From positions 2,197-66,196 of the forward strand of contig JBJTQF010000024.1 in NCBI GenBank assembly GCA_046075485.1: 64,000 bases of DNA, written 5' to 3'. How positions within the stretch are numbered: the stretch's first letter is position 1; every line of letters begins with the position of its first letter. The DNA is from Myxococcota bacterium (GTDB taxonomy: Bacteria > Myxococcota_A > UBA796 > JAJRTE01 > JBJTQF01). The position numbers were made by a program, and so were the translations under genes. Shown one piece after another: positions 1-12,763 of the stretch. The notes under the pieces are model-generated. The model did not search any database, was not told the origin of the DNA, and saw only the letters and a program-made list of their open reading frames with translations.

Positions 1-1053
1 GCCACAGACCCTGACGCTTAGAATAAGCCTCCACCAGCGCCACTTGTTCGTCGGCACGACCGGACAAGCGCAGATAGTTGAGGGTCTCGGCATCGACGGG
101 GAAGAAGCCGATGGTGGCACCATATTCCGGTGCCATATTTGCGATGGTGGCACGGTCGGCGAGGGTCAGGTGGTCCAACCCCGGACCATAGAACTCCACA
201 AACTTGCCTACCACACCCTTCTTACGCAACATCTGGGTCACGGTCAGCACCAAGTCGGTGGCCGTGGAGCCCGGCTTGAGCTGGCCCGTCAGCTTGAAGC
301 CCACCACATCGGGGATCAGCATGGTGATGGGCTGGCCAAGCATGGCGGCTTCGGCTTCGATGCCTCCCACGCCCCACCCCACCACACCGGCTCCGTTGAT
401 CATGGTGGTGTGAGAATCCGTACCGACCAGGGTATCAGGATAGGCCAGCACCGCCCCGTCACTCTCCCGGCTGAACACCACCTGCGCCAAGTACTCCAGG
501 TTCACTTGGTGAACAATACCCGTACCAGGAGGCACCGCGCGGAAGCCCTGAAACGCCGTCTGTGCCCAACGCAGCAGCTCATATCGCTCCTGGTTGCGCT
601 CAAACTCGAGGGCCACGTTGTTGTCAAATGCCTTCGGATGGCCATACTGATCGACCTGCACGGAGTGGTCGATCACCAGATCCACCGGCTGCATGGGGTT
701 GATCTTCTTGGGATCGCCGCCCAAACCCACCATCGCGTCGCGCATGGCCGCCAGGTCACATACCGCAGGCACCCCGGTAAAGTCCTGCAAGATCACGCGC
801 GCAGGCACAAACGAGATCTCTTGCTCGGTATTTTTGCTGGGGCTCCAGCTCAGCAGCGCTTCCACATCCTGACGCTGAACGCGCAGGCCGTCCTCGTTGC
901 GAAGCAAGTTCTCCAGCAGAATGCGGATGGAGTAGGGCAGGCGAGAAAGATCCGGCCCCAGCCGCCCCAGCTCAAAGATGTCGTAGGTTTTACCCGCGAC
1001 TTCAAGCTGAGTGCGAGTTCCAAAGCTGTCTTTAAGACGATTGTTCATACGAA
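1..1053 (-). CDS. acnA: Aconitate hydratase A, N-terminal ~350 codons. The gene runs off the 5' edge of the window, so the C-terminal part is missing. It is absent from the ORF track because no stop codon lies in the window.
   Basis: Translating the reverse strand from the ATG at 1053 gives [25 protein letters not shown]...[24 protein letters not shown]...[53 protein letters not shown]...[23 protein letters not shown]...[13 protein letters not shown]. This matches AcnA/IRP-family aconitase almost motif for motif. The plus-strand 369-aa track ORF at 44..1153 is its antisense artefact. Confidence 0.85.
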
Positions 1054-1315
1054 GCTCCTGTCTGCATACATGCGAGCTCCACTCAAGTGGGAGCCGCAAA
1101 AACGCGGGCAGGATAGCATATTCTTTACGGGCTGGCTAGCACGGAGCAGGTAGAACAGGCAGGCTCACCCCTCTCAGAACTGGCGATGATGGGGCTGGAG
1201 ATGGCACTCAACGGATAGGCGTCAAGTAGATGCGCAGGGTCCAGCGCCGCATAGGTCTGAGGTCGCTGGAGCACATTCGAACTTCAGCGATTTAGACACG
1301 TTGCAGAGACGATGC

Positions 1316-1822
1316 TCATCCTTCGATCTCTTTGACGGCCAGTCGTGCCGGTTTTCCACCAAAGGAGACCGCCATAATGCCCGGAAGGTATCGATCCAAT
1401 GTCTGCACCGCTGGCGAAATGGCATTGCGGATCAGATTGGACGAGAGCGGCTCTCCTTCAAAGTCCAGCGCCGACTTAAAACGTACCTCTCCATCATCCA
1501 GATCCAGCTCAAAATTGCCAATTCGCATGGCATAGTTGGCACGGGTCACAAACTCCGCAACGGAGGCCCGGGCATGCTCCGGCACCTTCATCAGCGAGAC
1601 CGCATAAAAGATAAACTGCTCCAGATCCGCTCGAATCTGAGCGTAACAGCGGAACTCGCCATTTTGACCCGCAAACATCATACGATAGAGAAACCGCTCG
1701 GCATTGGCTTGGGGATGCCAGCCATCACTCTCCAAAAAAGCGCCCAGGGTCTCATAGGCACGCACGCCATTCTCTCGTACCTCAGCGGCCCGTCCGTTCG
1801 TGGAATTTTCATCGTTCGACAT
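1316..1822 (-). CDS. YbjN-domain protein (putative sensory-transduction/T3SS-chaperone-like family)
   Basis: The internal ATG at 1822 (MSNDENSTNG...) gives a 168-aa product with the YbjN-type pattern (FLYRMMFAGQNGEFRCYAQ...NYAMRIGNFELD...PLSSNLIRNAISPAVQTLDRYLPGI). The track's longer ORF extends N-terminally through the microsatellite and translates it as YAYAYA, which is implausible. Confidence 0.55.
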   Translation of the reverse strand: MSNDENSTNGRAAEVRENGVRAYETLGAFLESDGWHPQANAERFLYRMMFAGQNGEFRCYAQIRADLEQFIFYAVSLMKVPEHARASVAEFVTRANYAMRIGNFELDLDDGEVRFKSALDFEGEPLSSNLIRNAISPAVQTLDRYLPGIMAVSFGGKPARLAVKEIEG

Positions 1823-1960
1823 GCATTGACTCCTTGAAGCTCCAGCCGTTGCCAGCTCACATGAGAATTCTATTCCGGTGGACATTCTAACGGAGCCTCC
1901 GCAAGAGAACAGCAAAATCCTACCGGGTGAGTGCGGTTGTCCTTTGTCTCTCGCACACGC

Positions 1961-2034
1961 GCATACACGCATACACACATACGCATACGCATACGCATAC
2001 GCATACGCATACGCATACGCATACACGCATACAC
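1961..2034. repeat. Hexanucleotide microsatellite. (GCATAC)6 is perfect at 1983-2018, flanked by GCATACAC variants. It sits in the divergent intergenic region between the YbjN-like gene and the radical SAM gene.
   Basis: Direct read: gcatacac gcatacac acatac (gcatac)x6 gcatacac gcatacac. It produces the TH/YA/RM dipeptide-repeat artefact ORFs in all frames. Confidence 0.95.
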
Positions 2035-4850
2035 GCACGCGAGCCTGCGCTTCCCCACGGGGTTAAGCCTTGTGCTCGAGCGTGCATGGCCTTTCGTCCC
2101 TCACAAACTGCGAAATGGCTCACAGCTCCGACGTTTACAGGTGCTAAAGACACCCGCTGAGGGTATGATGAGCCCTTTTTTGAGAGGAGACTGCCATGCT
2201 GACGTCTGAAGTCACCACACGCTCAGATCGATATACCCCCCACTGTCTGCGCCGAGATGAGCTGGATCCCTTACTCGCGCGTGTGGAGCGCCCCGCACGT
2301 TATGCCGGAGGAGAGCTCAACGCGGTCGTCAAAGACCTCTCGACGGTGGAGCAGGTCTGGGCCTTCGCCTTCCCCGATGCCTATGATCTGGGCATGAACA
2401 ATATGGGCATGCAGATCCTGTATAATATCCTCAACCGCCAGGCGCACTTAGCCTGCGAGCGGGTGTTTGCGCCCTGGATCGATATGGAAGAGGTGATGCG
2501 TGCTCGCGGGGTGCCCCTGTTTACCCTCGAGAGCCGCCTGCGGGTACGCCATGCCGACGTGTTTGCCTTCACCATTCCTTATGAGATCATCTTGACGAAT
2601 GTGGTCAATATGATCGAGCTGGCAGGACTGCCGCTCTGGTCCAAAGATCGGGACGATTCATATCCCCTGGTGATTGGGGGTGGCGCCGTTGCCATGAATC
2701 CCGAGCCCATTGCCGACTTTTTTGACGCTTTTGTGGTCGGTGAAGGGGAAGAAGTGGTGCTCGACATCGCCCGGGTCATCTCGGAGAGCCGCGCCGCTGG
2801 TCTCGACAAAGGCGCGCTTTTGGAAGCCCTCTCCAAAGTCGAAGGACTGTATATTCCGGCCCTGTTTGAGCCTGAGTATCTCGACGATGGACGCATCAAA
2901 GCCATCCGCCCCCGAAAACCCAGCTACAAACGCACCCTTCGCCGCATTGTGGCCGACCTCGATGCCACCCCCTATCCGACAGCGCCGGTGGTGCCCTCCA
3001 TCAAGACCGTGCATGATCGGTATGCGGTGGAGATCTTCCGAGGGTGCATGGCAGGCTGCCGCTTCTGCCAAGCCGGTATGATCACCCGCCCCACCCGCGA
3101 ACGCAGCCCCGATACCGTGCTCAACATCATCGACGAGGCCATCAAAAACACCGGCTATCAAGATCTGTCGCTTAACTCGTTGTCGAGTGGTGACTATTCC
3201 TGCATCAACTCGCTGCTTAAGGCGGTCAATGCCCGCTACGAAAAAGAGCTGGTCTCCGTGTCGGTCCCCAGCCTGCGCGTGAAGACCCTCACCCCCGAAG
3301 TGGCGACTGAAGTGGCCCGCGTGCGGAAAGGGGGCTTTACCATCGCCCCCGAAGCGGGAAGCCAGCGGATGCGTGACGCTATTAATAAAGACGTGTCCGA
3401 TGCGGAAGTGGTGCGCACGGTGCAGACCATCTTCCAAAATGGCGGACAGTCCGTAAAGCTCTACTTTATGTGTGGTCTGCCCGGTGAGACCGACGAAGAC
3501 TTGGATGGTATTGTGCATCTGGGTGTGTTGGCCTATCAGACCGCTCGGCAGATTCACAATCGCCCTTCCATCACCGTTAATGTCTCGACCTTTGTGCCCA
3601 AGGTGTTTACGCCCTATCAGTGGGCCTCCCAGGTAAGCCGCGCCGAGACCCTGCGCAAACAAAAGTATCTGCTGGACAAGCTAAAGCCCTACCGTCACAT
3701 CACCTTCCGCTATCACTACGACTACTCCACCTTCTTGGAGGGCATCTTCAGTCGAGGAGATCGCCGACTGGCACGGCTGCTCGAGGTGGCACAACGCCTC
3801 GGTTGCCGCTTTGATGGCTGGCAAGAAGTGCTCAGCCCGCGCCGCTGGGAGCAGGTCTTTGAGGAAGCGGGGATCGATCCCCACGGGTATCTGCGCGCCC
3901 GGGAGCTGGACGAGGTCTTGCCCTGGGATCACATCGAAGCACGGGTCACCAAAAAATTCCTGAAGGGCGAGTGGCAGCGGCATCTGGAAGCCCTCACCAT
4001 TCCAGACTGTCGGTGGGGAACCTGCGCTCCTTGTGGAGCTTGCCACAAAGAGGTGAAGGTCACTACCTTCGATGGGCAGGATCCGCGACGCTCTATCGAT
4101 ATTCCGGCGGGAGAAGGGCGGACCTATCGTCATCCCGCCGTGCGTCTGCCGGACGTTGATGAGAGCTCGCCGAGTGTGTCCAATCCGGTGGTGCAGGTGA
4201 ATGCGCTGCCCTGGAAGCGGGTTCGGCTCCAGTTTACCCGTACCGGAGCGGCGCGTTTTGTGGGACATCTGGAGCAGAGTCAGATCTTTGTGCGGGCGTT
4301 ACGCCGCATGGGGCTTCAGCTTCGGGTCTCGGAGGGGTTCCATCCCCATCCGAAGATCCACTTCAGCAATCCGTTGCCCATCGGGGTGGAGAGCTGGGTG
4401 GAGTACGTGGATCTGGACATCGCTGAGGTCGGTGGGCCGGTGGCGCTGGACTGGCTGGTCTCGACGCTCAATGATCGCCAGCTCCCGGAGGGGATGGTGA
4501 TTGTCCGGGCGTTGGCACCTGATTTTCCCATCAATGGGCAAGAAAAGGTGATCTTCTCCGTTCAACTTCCGGTGGAGGTGGAGCCATTCACCCTTCAGCA
4601 GGCGGTGGCCGACTTTTTGGCTGCATCGGAGGTCTTGCTCAAAAAGAAGCGCCAGACCCTCAACGTGCGTCCGCTGGTCAACTGGATTCAGGTCCAGGAT
4701 CGGCAGGTGCGTTTTGAGATCTTGACCCCGGTGGAGGGCACACTCAAGGCGTCGGAGCTGGTGGGGCTGCTGGTGCCGTCGGTGGAAGCTGCCGACCTAC
4801 ACATCACCAAAGAGTCTTGTACCTTCCGGCAACTGCCCACGAAGACCTCC

Positions 4851-7609
<2,759 letters not shown>

Positions 7610-7673
7610 GCGCTTCTCCTTGGCTATGCGAAGGTTCAGCTCAGCGGAGGTCCGGCTGTATTGGCAGCGCCCC

Positions 7674-8846
7674 CTAATTCTGAACCTCTGGACTCTCCGA
7701 AGTAGACTCATCCTCTGCCTTATAATGGAGAGGTGAGCTGGGGATGGATCGGGAAGGTATATGTGTCACGTTCGGCAACCTATCCGCAATCTTGAGGAAA
7801 GCCTCCCAGATGCGCGGATCAAAGTGTGTACCGGCATCAAGCTGGAGTCGCTCAACGGCGTGGTGATGATCCATGGAGGGCTGATAAGGGCGGGCATGGG
7901 TCAGCGCGTCATAATTGTCGGCAAGGCTCATCAGCCGTGCTCCCAAAGGGATCTCCAGGCCAGCACGTCCGCGAGGATAACCCAACCCGTCCCAGCGTTC
8001 GTGATGGCTCGCTGCGATGTCGCGTGCGATGTATAACAGAGGACTGGGTTGCTCGAGCTCTGCAATGGCCCGCTCAATGGCTTGGGCTCCCAGCTCGCAG
8101 TGACGCTCCAAGAGCTGATGTTCTTCGTGGGTGAGGGGGCCACGCTTGGACACGATCTGGGCCGGGACCGCCACCATGCCGATGTCGTGCATGCCCGAAG
8201 CGAGGGTGAGCTCCTGCACATGGTCACGGAGGTGTGCGTCGGCAGGCCAGGGATTTTCAAAATAGCTGCGGGCGAGCATCTCCAGGAGGTTTGCACTGCG
8301 TGTTAGGTGTAAATAGCTGTCTGGATGCTGGATCTCGATCAAGCTCATGAGGGCTCGGAGGGTGACACGTTCGACCTGTTGCTCAAGGGACAATCGACGG
8401 GCGCTCTCGCTGGCCATTCGTGTACAATATTCCTGCACCAGCCGACGAAGACGCTCTTGCTCGAGATGCAGCTGAACTCGGTTCAGGAGCATGGCGGGAC
8501 GCACGGGCTTGGTGATATAGTCCACCGCACCGACGGCCAGACCTTTTTCTTCTTCTTCAGGTGAGTTCAGGGCGCTCACAAAAATGACGGGAATCTTCTG
8601 GGTGAGAGGATCACGCTGAAGGGCACCCAGCACGGCATAACCATCCATGTCGGGCATCATGATGTCGAGTAAGATCAGATCTGGAACGGGCGGGGAAAGG
8701 GCCACCTTCAGGGCGCGTGGGCCAGAATTCGCCACCCGAACGCGATAAAACTGTTTGAGCTGTGCCCCCAGAATGATCACATTCTCGGGAGTGTCATCCA
8801 CAAGTAGTATCGTCTGACGTGTGTCCTGTACGGAGGTCATCTCCAT
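7674..8846 (-). CDS. Response regulator with a C-terminal HD-GYP phosphodiesterase domain (RpfG-like)
   Basis: The receiver motifs ILLVDDTPEN...LILLDIMMPDMDG...KP are present. The HD-GYP signature is HDIGMVAVP...HHERWDGLGYPRG. The start could be 8858, 8846 or 8840; the chosen ATG has a GGGAG sequence just upstream. Confidence 0.8.
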   Translation of the reverse strand: MEMTSVQDTRQTILLVDDTPENVIILGAQLKQFYRVRVANSGPRALKVALSPPVPDLILLDIMMPDMDGYAVLGALQRDPLTQKIPVIFVSALNSPEEEEKGLAVGAVDYITKPVRPAMLLNRVQLHLEQERLRRLVQEYCTRMASESARRLSLEQQVERVTLRALMSLIEIQHPDSYLHLTRSANLLEMLARSYFENPWPADAHLRDHVQELTLASGMHDIGMVAVPAQIVSKRGPLTHEEHQLLERHCELGAQAIERAIAELEQPSPLLYIARDIAASHHERWDGLGYPRGRAGLEIPLGARLMSLADNYDALTHARPYQPSMDHHHAVERLQLDAGTHFDPRIWEAFLKIADRLPNVTHIPSRSIPSSPLHYKAEDESTSESPEVQN

Positions 8847-9072
8847 GTTCTCCCCCATCCCCTGACAGAAGCCCCAGAGTGAGGGAGCTTCTATTTATGT
8901 CCGTAAAATTCACAGTTCTTTCATATTAACCGATCTCACTTCGTCCAGGCGACTCAGAATCTGTCCTGATCCGATATTATGATGGCTGAAGCGTCCTCGA
9001 GGGTGCGTTCTGATCAAAATTATCTTAGATTGTAAGCGATTTTGCTGAAGGTATTAGAAGTTTGAGGAGCTT

Positions 9073-10374
9073 ATGAGTCAACGTATGTCAGAAAATTCGC
9101 CGCCAGCCGGAGTGTCGGAGCCGCGAGCGCCCCGCATCCCCCTTTGGCAGGTCTTACTCAAGCCTCCCATGCTGATGGCGTTGCTGATGGGATTTGCTTC
9201 GGGCCTGCCGCTGCTGTTGACCATCCGCACCCTTCAAGCGTGGATGACGGAGGTGGGCGTCGATCTGAAGACGGTGGGGATCTTTGCCCTGGCGGGGCTG
9301 CCGTACAATCTTAAGTTTGTGTGGGCGCCGCTGCTGGATCGATATTCGGTGGAGCTGCTGGGGCGGCGACGTTTTTGGATGTTGCTCAGCCAGCTTGGGT
9401 TGGTAGGGGCCATTGTGGGGATGGCGCTGACCGATCCGAAGGAACAAACGGCGCAGCTTGCCTTTTTTTCGGTGCTGGTGGCCTTTTTTTCGGCCACACA
9501 AGATATTGTGATCGATGCCTATCGACGGGAGACGCTCCTGGAGACCGAGCTGGGGTTGGGTTCGACCTTTTATGTGTACGGTTATCGGGTGGCCACGTTG
9601 GTGTCGGGGGCGGCAGCACTGGGCATGGCGTCGCGGATTGGCTGGTCTGAGACCTACTTGGTGATGGCGGCCATTATGGGCCTCACGATGGGGGTGACGC
9701 TGCTGGCCAAGGAGCCGCAGGTGGAGTCTCTGCCGCCCCGTTCTCTGCAAGAGGCGGTGGTGGCACCGCTGCAAGAGTTTCTGACGCGAGAGGGTGCGTG
9801 GCTGATCCTGGCTTTTGTGCTGCTCTACAAGGTGGGGGATACGATGGCGGGGGCGATGGCCACGCCGTTTTACATCCAGACCGGCTTCACGAAGGATCAG
9901 ATTGCGGCCATTGCCAAGACGTTTGGTCTCTTCTCAAACTTGGGCGGAAGTCTGCTGGGAGGGCTGCTCTTGGTGCGGCTGGGCATGGTGCGCAGCTTGT
10001 TTACGTTTGGGGTACTTCAGGCGGGCTCGACGCTGGCTTTTGCCAGTCTTGCATTGGTGGGGCCCCATGTGACGGCACTCACGGCGGTGATCGCCTTTGA
10101 GGATCTCTCCAGTGGGATGGGGACGGCGGCGTTTGTGGCGTTTATGGCGTCGCTGACCGATAAACGTTATACGGCGACTCAATATGCGCTGCTGTCGAGC
10201 TTGATGGGGTTGCCGCGCACGGTTCTCTCCGCGCCCACGGGCTGGATGGTGGAGCAGCTCGGGTGGCCGCTGTTTTTTGTGGTGTGTGGGCTCTTGGCGA
10301 TTCCGGGTCTGCTGCTGATCCATGCTGTAGCACGGCTCCGAGGTGAGGAGGGGGGAAATCCTGCGTCGGGATGA
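9073..10374 (+). CDS. ampG: AmpG-family muropeptide MFS permease
   Basis: A GAGGAG RBS precedes the start. AmpG signatures are LKFVWAPLLDR, RRRFWMLLSQ and QDIVIDAYRRE, with about 12 predicted TM segments. Confidence 0.8.
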   Translation: MSQRMSENSPPAGVSEPRAPRIPLWQVLLKPPMLMALLMGFASGLPLLLTIRTLQAWMTEVGVDLKTVGIFALAGLPYNLKFVWAPLLDRYSVELLGRRRFWMLLSQLGLVGAIVGMALTDPKEQTAQLAFFSVLVAFFSATQDIVIDAYRRETLLETELGLGSTFYVYGYRVATLVSGAAALGMASRIGWSETYLVMAAIMGLTMGVTLLAKEPQVESLPPRSLQEAVVAPLQEFLTREGAWLILAFVLLYKVGDTMAGAMATPFYIQTGFTKDQIAAIAKTFGLFSNLGGSLLGGLLLVRLGMVRSLFTFGVLQAGSTLAFASLALVGPHVTALTAVIAFEDLSSGMGTAAFVAFMASLTDKRYTATQYALLSSLMGLPRTVLSAPTGWMVEQLGWPLFFVVCGLLAIPGLLLIHAVARLRGEEGGNPASG

Positions 10375-10531
10375 GGGCTTGGGCTCTCAAGCGGCATGCG
10401 GGAAAATCATGCAATGCCCCGCCTCACGCATGGGGTGAGGTGGGGGAGGATGAAGAAGCGGGTGTTGAGGTGACGGGAGAGGCGAGGGAAAAATCGTCCG
10501 GCGGCTTAAGGCTTATCGTCAGGTGATGTGC

Positions 10532-11539
10532 TCAGTTGGGTACGCAGATCCACGGGGTCTTGGCCGAGTAATAAGAACCAAAGGTGGCACACATCTCGTT
10601 GGGGAAGGTGAGGGCGCGGTCAGTGTCGTTATACCAACCGCAGGTGGTGATAAAACGGTCTCCCTTCTGCACCACAAAGTCGTCTTCTTCGTAGTATTTA
10701 CCATATCGATTGACGATGGGCCGATCACGATACTCCGCCAGCCACTCATCCACGGCATAAATGCGCTCACTCTCCGTCGCACCAGCGGGAATATAGTCAA
10801 GATAGAAGTATTTGCCCCACTCGTGGAGGTGACCTCCCAAATAGAGGATACGGGTGGGAAGCTCGTCGTTCCACTCACACTCCACCTTGACTTCGTAGTT
10901 GGAGGTGGCAGGAATAGAAAAATCGACCGAGACGAATGACAGAGGTGCCACCCATTCTTTGACGGTGTCCATCGGGATCAGCTCCAAGTTCACAACGTCG
11001 CGAACGAGGGTCGGTTTGGAGCGGGTGTTGATGTAGTGAGCCTGTACAAAGATACGAGTTCCCGAGTTCAGCTTGGTGGCCATCTCTGCGTTAGGATACT
11101 CTAAGAAGTAAGTATCCTCCCCATAACTTCCCTCAATGTTTTCGCCCCCCACATAGATGGGCTCGGCATCTGCCATCGCATTGGCGGCGGTGCAGTCAAA
11201 GACGGTGCCATCAGGATACTGTTCTTGGCTAAGCGCAGTGCCCAGCAAGATCACATGATGACCCCCTTCAGATTGATAGTGTTTTGCCTTATTGATTGCA
11301 ACATCAGGGCCGGTATAGGTGGTGACGTAACAGAACTGCTTATCTTCTCCAGCAGGAATGATAAGGTCTGGTGTGTAAAATTGAATACCACCCTCGGGAA
11401 TGGCAGGCAGGGGCATTCTCAGATCGATCACTTCGGGGGCAGGTGTTGCCGTCTCGGTGGGCGTGGGGGACTCTTCGGTGTCATCCGAGCCGCAGGCCAC
11501 CAGGCCCAAGGTTAAAATTCCAACAGCGTACTTCTTCAC
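10532..11539 (-). CDS. Lipoprotein with a PHM/DBH-like type II copper monooxygenase fold. All six Cu-ligand motifs are conserved.
   Basis: The GTG start at 11539 follows a GGAGG RBS. The lipobox is LGLVAC-GSDD. Motifs matched to peptidylglycine alpha-hydroxylating monooxygenase are: GGHHVILLG vs HHMLLFGC (CuH His-His); FVQAHYI vs LQVHYG (third CuH His); GGHLHEWGK vs HTHHLGK (CuM HxH); NEMCATFGSYY vs DEMCNLYIMYY (CuM Met); and an early FCY Cys similar to PHM's FCM. Confidence 0.65.
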   Translation of the reverse strand: MKKYAVGILTLGLVACGSDDTEESPTPTETATPAPEVIDLRMPLPAIPEGGIQFYTPDLIIPAGEDKQFCYVTTYTGPDVAINKAKHYQSEGGHHVILLGTALSQEQYPDGTVFDCTAANAMADAEPIYVGGENIEGSYGEDTYFLEYPNAEMATKLNSGTRIFVQAHYINTRSKPTLVRDVVNLELIPMDTVKEWVAPLSFVSVDFSIPATSNYEVKVECEWNDELPTRILYLGGHLHEWGKYFYLDYIPAGATESERIYAVDEWLAEYRDRPIVNRYGKYYEEDDFVVQKGDRFITTCGWYNDTDRALTFPNEMCATFGSYYSAKTPWICVPN

Positions 11540-11697
11540 AAGACCTCCATGCAGGTTTAGGTTCGGGCTCTCAACGTTCAGACCGCTAAATTCAGGTGTT
11601 CAGGTCAACATTCTGATGATGCCAAGACGTGGAGCATGTCGTGGGCACTGTTGCGCCATGACATGACAGGCTCTCTCACTTCACAGACTGCATAACA

Positions 11698-12273
11698 TTA
11701 CTGTCCCGATGGGAAGAGCATGTCAAAGTAGACCACAATCTCGACAGTCTCATTGGCTTTTACGGTAAAGGCATTCCCGCTGGGGACGGTGACAGGATCT
11801 TTTCCATCCGGTCCAGGTGCAGAGAGATCCGCGTTTCCATCGGAGTCTACAAACCCCAACACATACACCACGCCGGTGGGAAGAATGTCTGTGGTCAAGA
11901 GGACTTCGGTCACACCATCGTTGGGAAGAAATGTCACATTTTCTACGTAGACATCAGCCAACATGACCGAATCATCCCCGGGGCCGGTATCACCCACCGT
12001 ACCACCATAGACCGCACCCCAGAACGGTCCTGCGGGTGTCTCACCTCGGTCGTTGAGATAGTCATACCAATCTTCTTGGAGCTTAAATCGAAGGGCCAAC
12101 CGTCCTTCTCCTGCCACCGGTTGAGGGGTGGGTGTTGCAGCGGGTGTGGCGGTTGCGGCTTCAGGTGTTGGGGTTGATTCACCCTCAGGTGTTGGGCTCT
12201 CCGTGTCCCCGGACCCACCACTACAGGCCACAAAACTCAGAAGACCGATCACACTCCATTTGCGCCAGCTCAT
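11698..12273 (-). CDS. Lipoprotein of unknown function, translationally coupled between the cytochrome-like and Cu-monooxygenase-like genes
   Basis: The ATG at 12273 (MSWRKWSVIGLLSFVAC-SGG lipobox) follows a GAGGAGAG RBS. That RBS overlaps the stop codon of the upstream gene at 12284-12286. The product has a Thr/Pro-rich linker and then a beta-rich domain. Confidence 0.5.
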   Translation of the reverse strand: MSWRKWSVIGLLSFVACSGGSGDTESPTPEGESTPTPEAATATPAATPTPQPVAGEGRLALRFKLQEDWYDYLNDRGETPAGPFWGAVYGGTVGDTGPGDDSVMLADVYVENVTFLPNDGVTEVLLTTDILPTGVVYVLGFVDSDGNADLSAPGPDGKDPVTVPSGNAFTVKANETVEIVVYFDMLFPSGQ

Positions 12274-12283
12274 ACGTCTCTCC

Positions 12284-12763
12284 TCAATTGTTGGGGGCTC
12301 CAGCGTCAATCCAATCGATCACTGCTTGGAGGTACTCCGGCTCGATCTCTCCATCTGGCGGCATCTTGTCACCCACAATCCCTTCTGCATCCGTCAGCTT
12401 CTGAACCAAATAGCTGCTGGTCGCATCTCCCGGCTTGACCAGCATGAGCTCTGTGCGCTGCACGCTGGCGACGTTCACAATGCGGGTATACAGATCGGCT
12501 TCAGAAAAATCCAACCCCGTACTGGCACTCGAGCCCGCATGACAGCCGCTGAAATCACACGAGAGGGTCAACACTTTCTGCTCAACAAATTGGAAGGTCG
12601 GAGGTGTCTCCTCCGGTGTTGGACTGCTGCTGTCGTCTTCCGAGGTGTCACAGGCACTCAGACTCAACGTCGAGAGCAACATCCATGACACTAATTTGAG
12701 CTTCCCCTGTGCTGACCCTGATTGTCCTGACATTGACTGTGCTGACATTGACTGTGCTGACAT
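12284..12763 (-). CDS. Lipoprotein with a PSCyt1-type (planctomycete cytochrome c) domain carrying a CX4CH heme-binding variant. The functional start is probably an internal codon near 12682-12700.
   Basis: The sequence ..LTLSCDFSGCHAGSSASTGLDFSEADLYTRIVNVASVQRTELMLVKPGDATSSYLVQKLTDAEGIVGDKMPPDG fits the PSCyt1 profile (C..CH...GL.L......pG.p..S.L......MP). The signal/lipobox is LLSTLSLSAC-DTS. The first 20 codons (MSAQSMSAQSMSGQS) are encoded by the 15-bp tandem repeat. Confidence 0.5.
   Translation of the reverse strand: MSAQSMSAQSMSGQSGSAQGKLKLVSWMLLSTLSLSACDTSEDDSSSPTPEETPPTFQFVEQKVLTLSCDFSGCHAGSSASTGLDFSEADLYTRIVNVASVQRTELMLVKPGDATSSYLVQKLTDAEGIVGDKMPPDGEIEPEYLQAVIDWIDAGAPNN

Noticed and set aside
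44-1153. 369-aa plus-strand ORF ([14 protein letters not shown]...) covering the start of the window
   Set aside because: It is the antisense frame of the aconitase gene. The reverse strand translates into a near-perfect AcnA N-terminus, whereas this frame is low-complexity (G/H/Q/R-rich) with no recognisable motifs.
2100-2195. A GGGTATGATGAGCCC + TTTTTTG element just upstream of the radical SAM RBS, considered as a terminator or attenuator
   Set aside because: The stem is only 3-4 bp and the flanking upstream gene is on the opposite strand, so this is insufficient for a terminator call.
1870-2209. Several ORFs translating as (TH)n, (RI)n, (CV)n, (RM)n and (YA)n dipeptide repeats
   Set aside because: They are translation artefacts of the (GCATAC)n microsatellite in all six frames, not genes.
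8859-9072. An AT-rich divergent intergenic region between the HD-GYP regulator and ampG, scanned for tRNA or sRNA
   Set aside because: There is no tRNA-like cloverleaf signature (no GTTCGA / T-loop context) and no convincing hairpin-plus-U-tract. It is most simply a shared promoter region.
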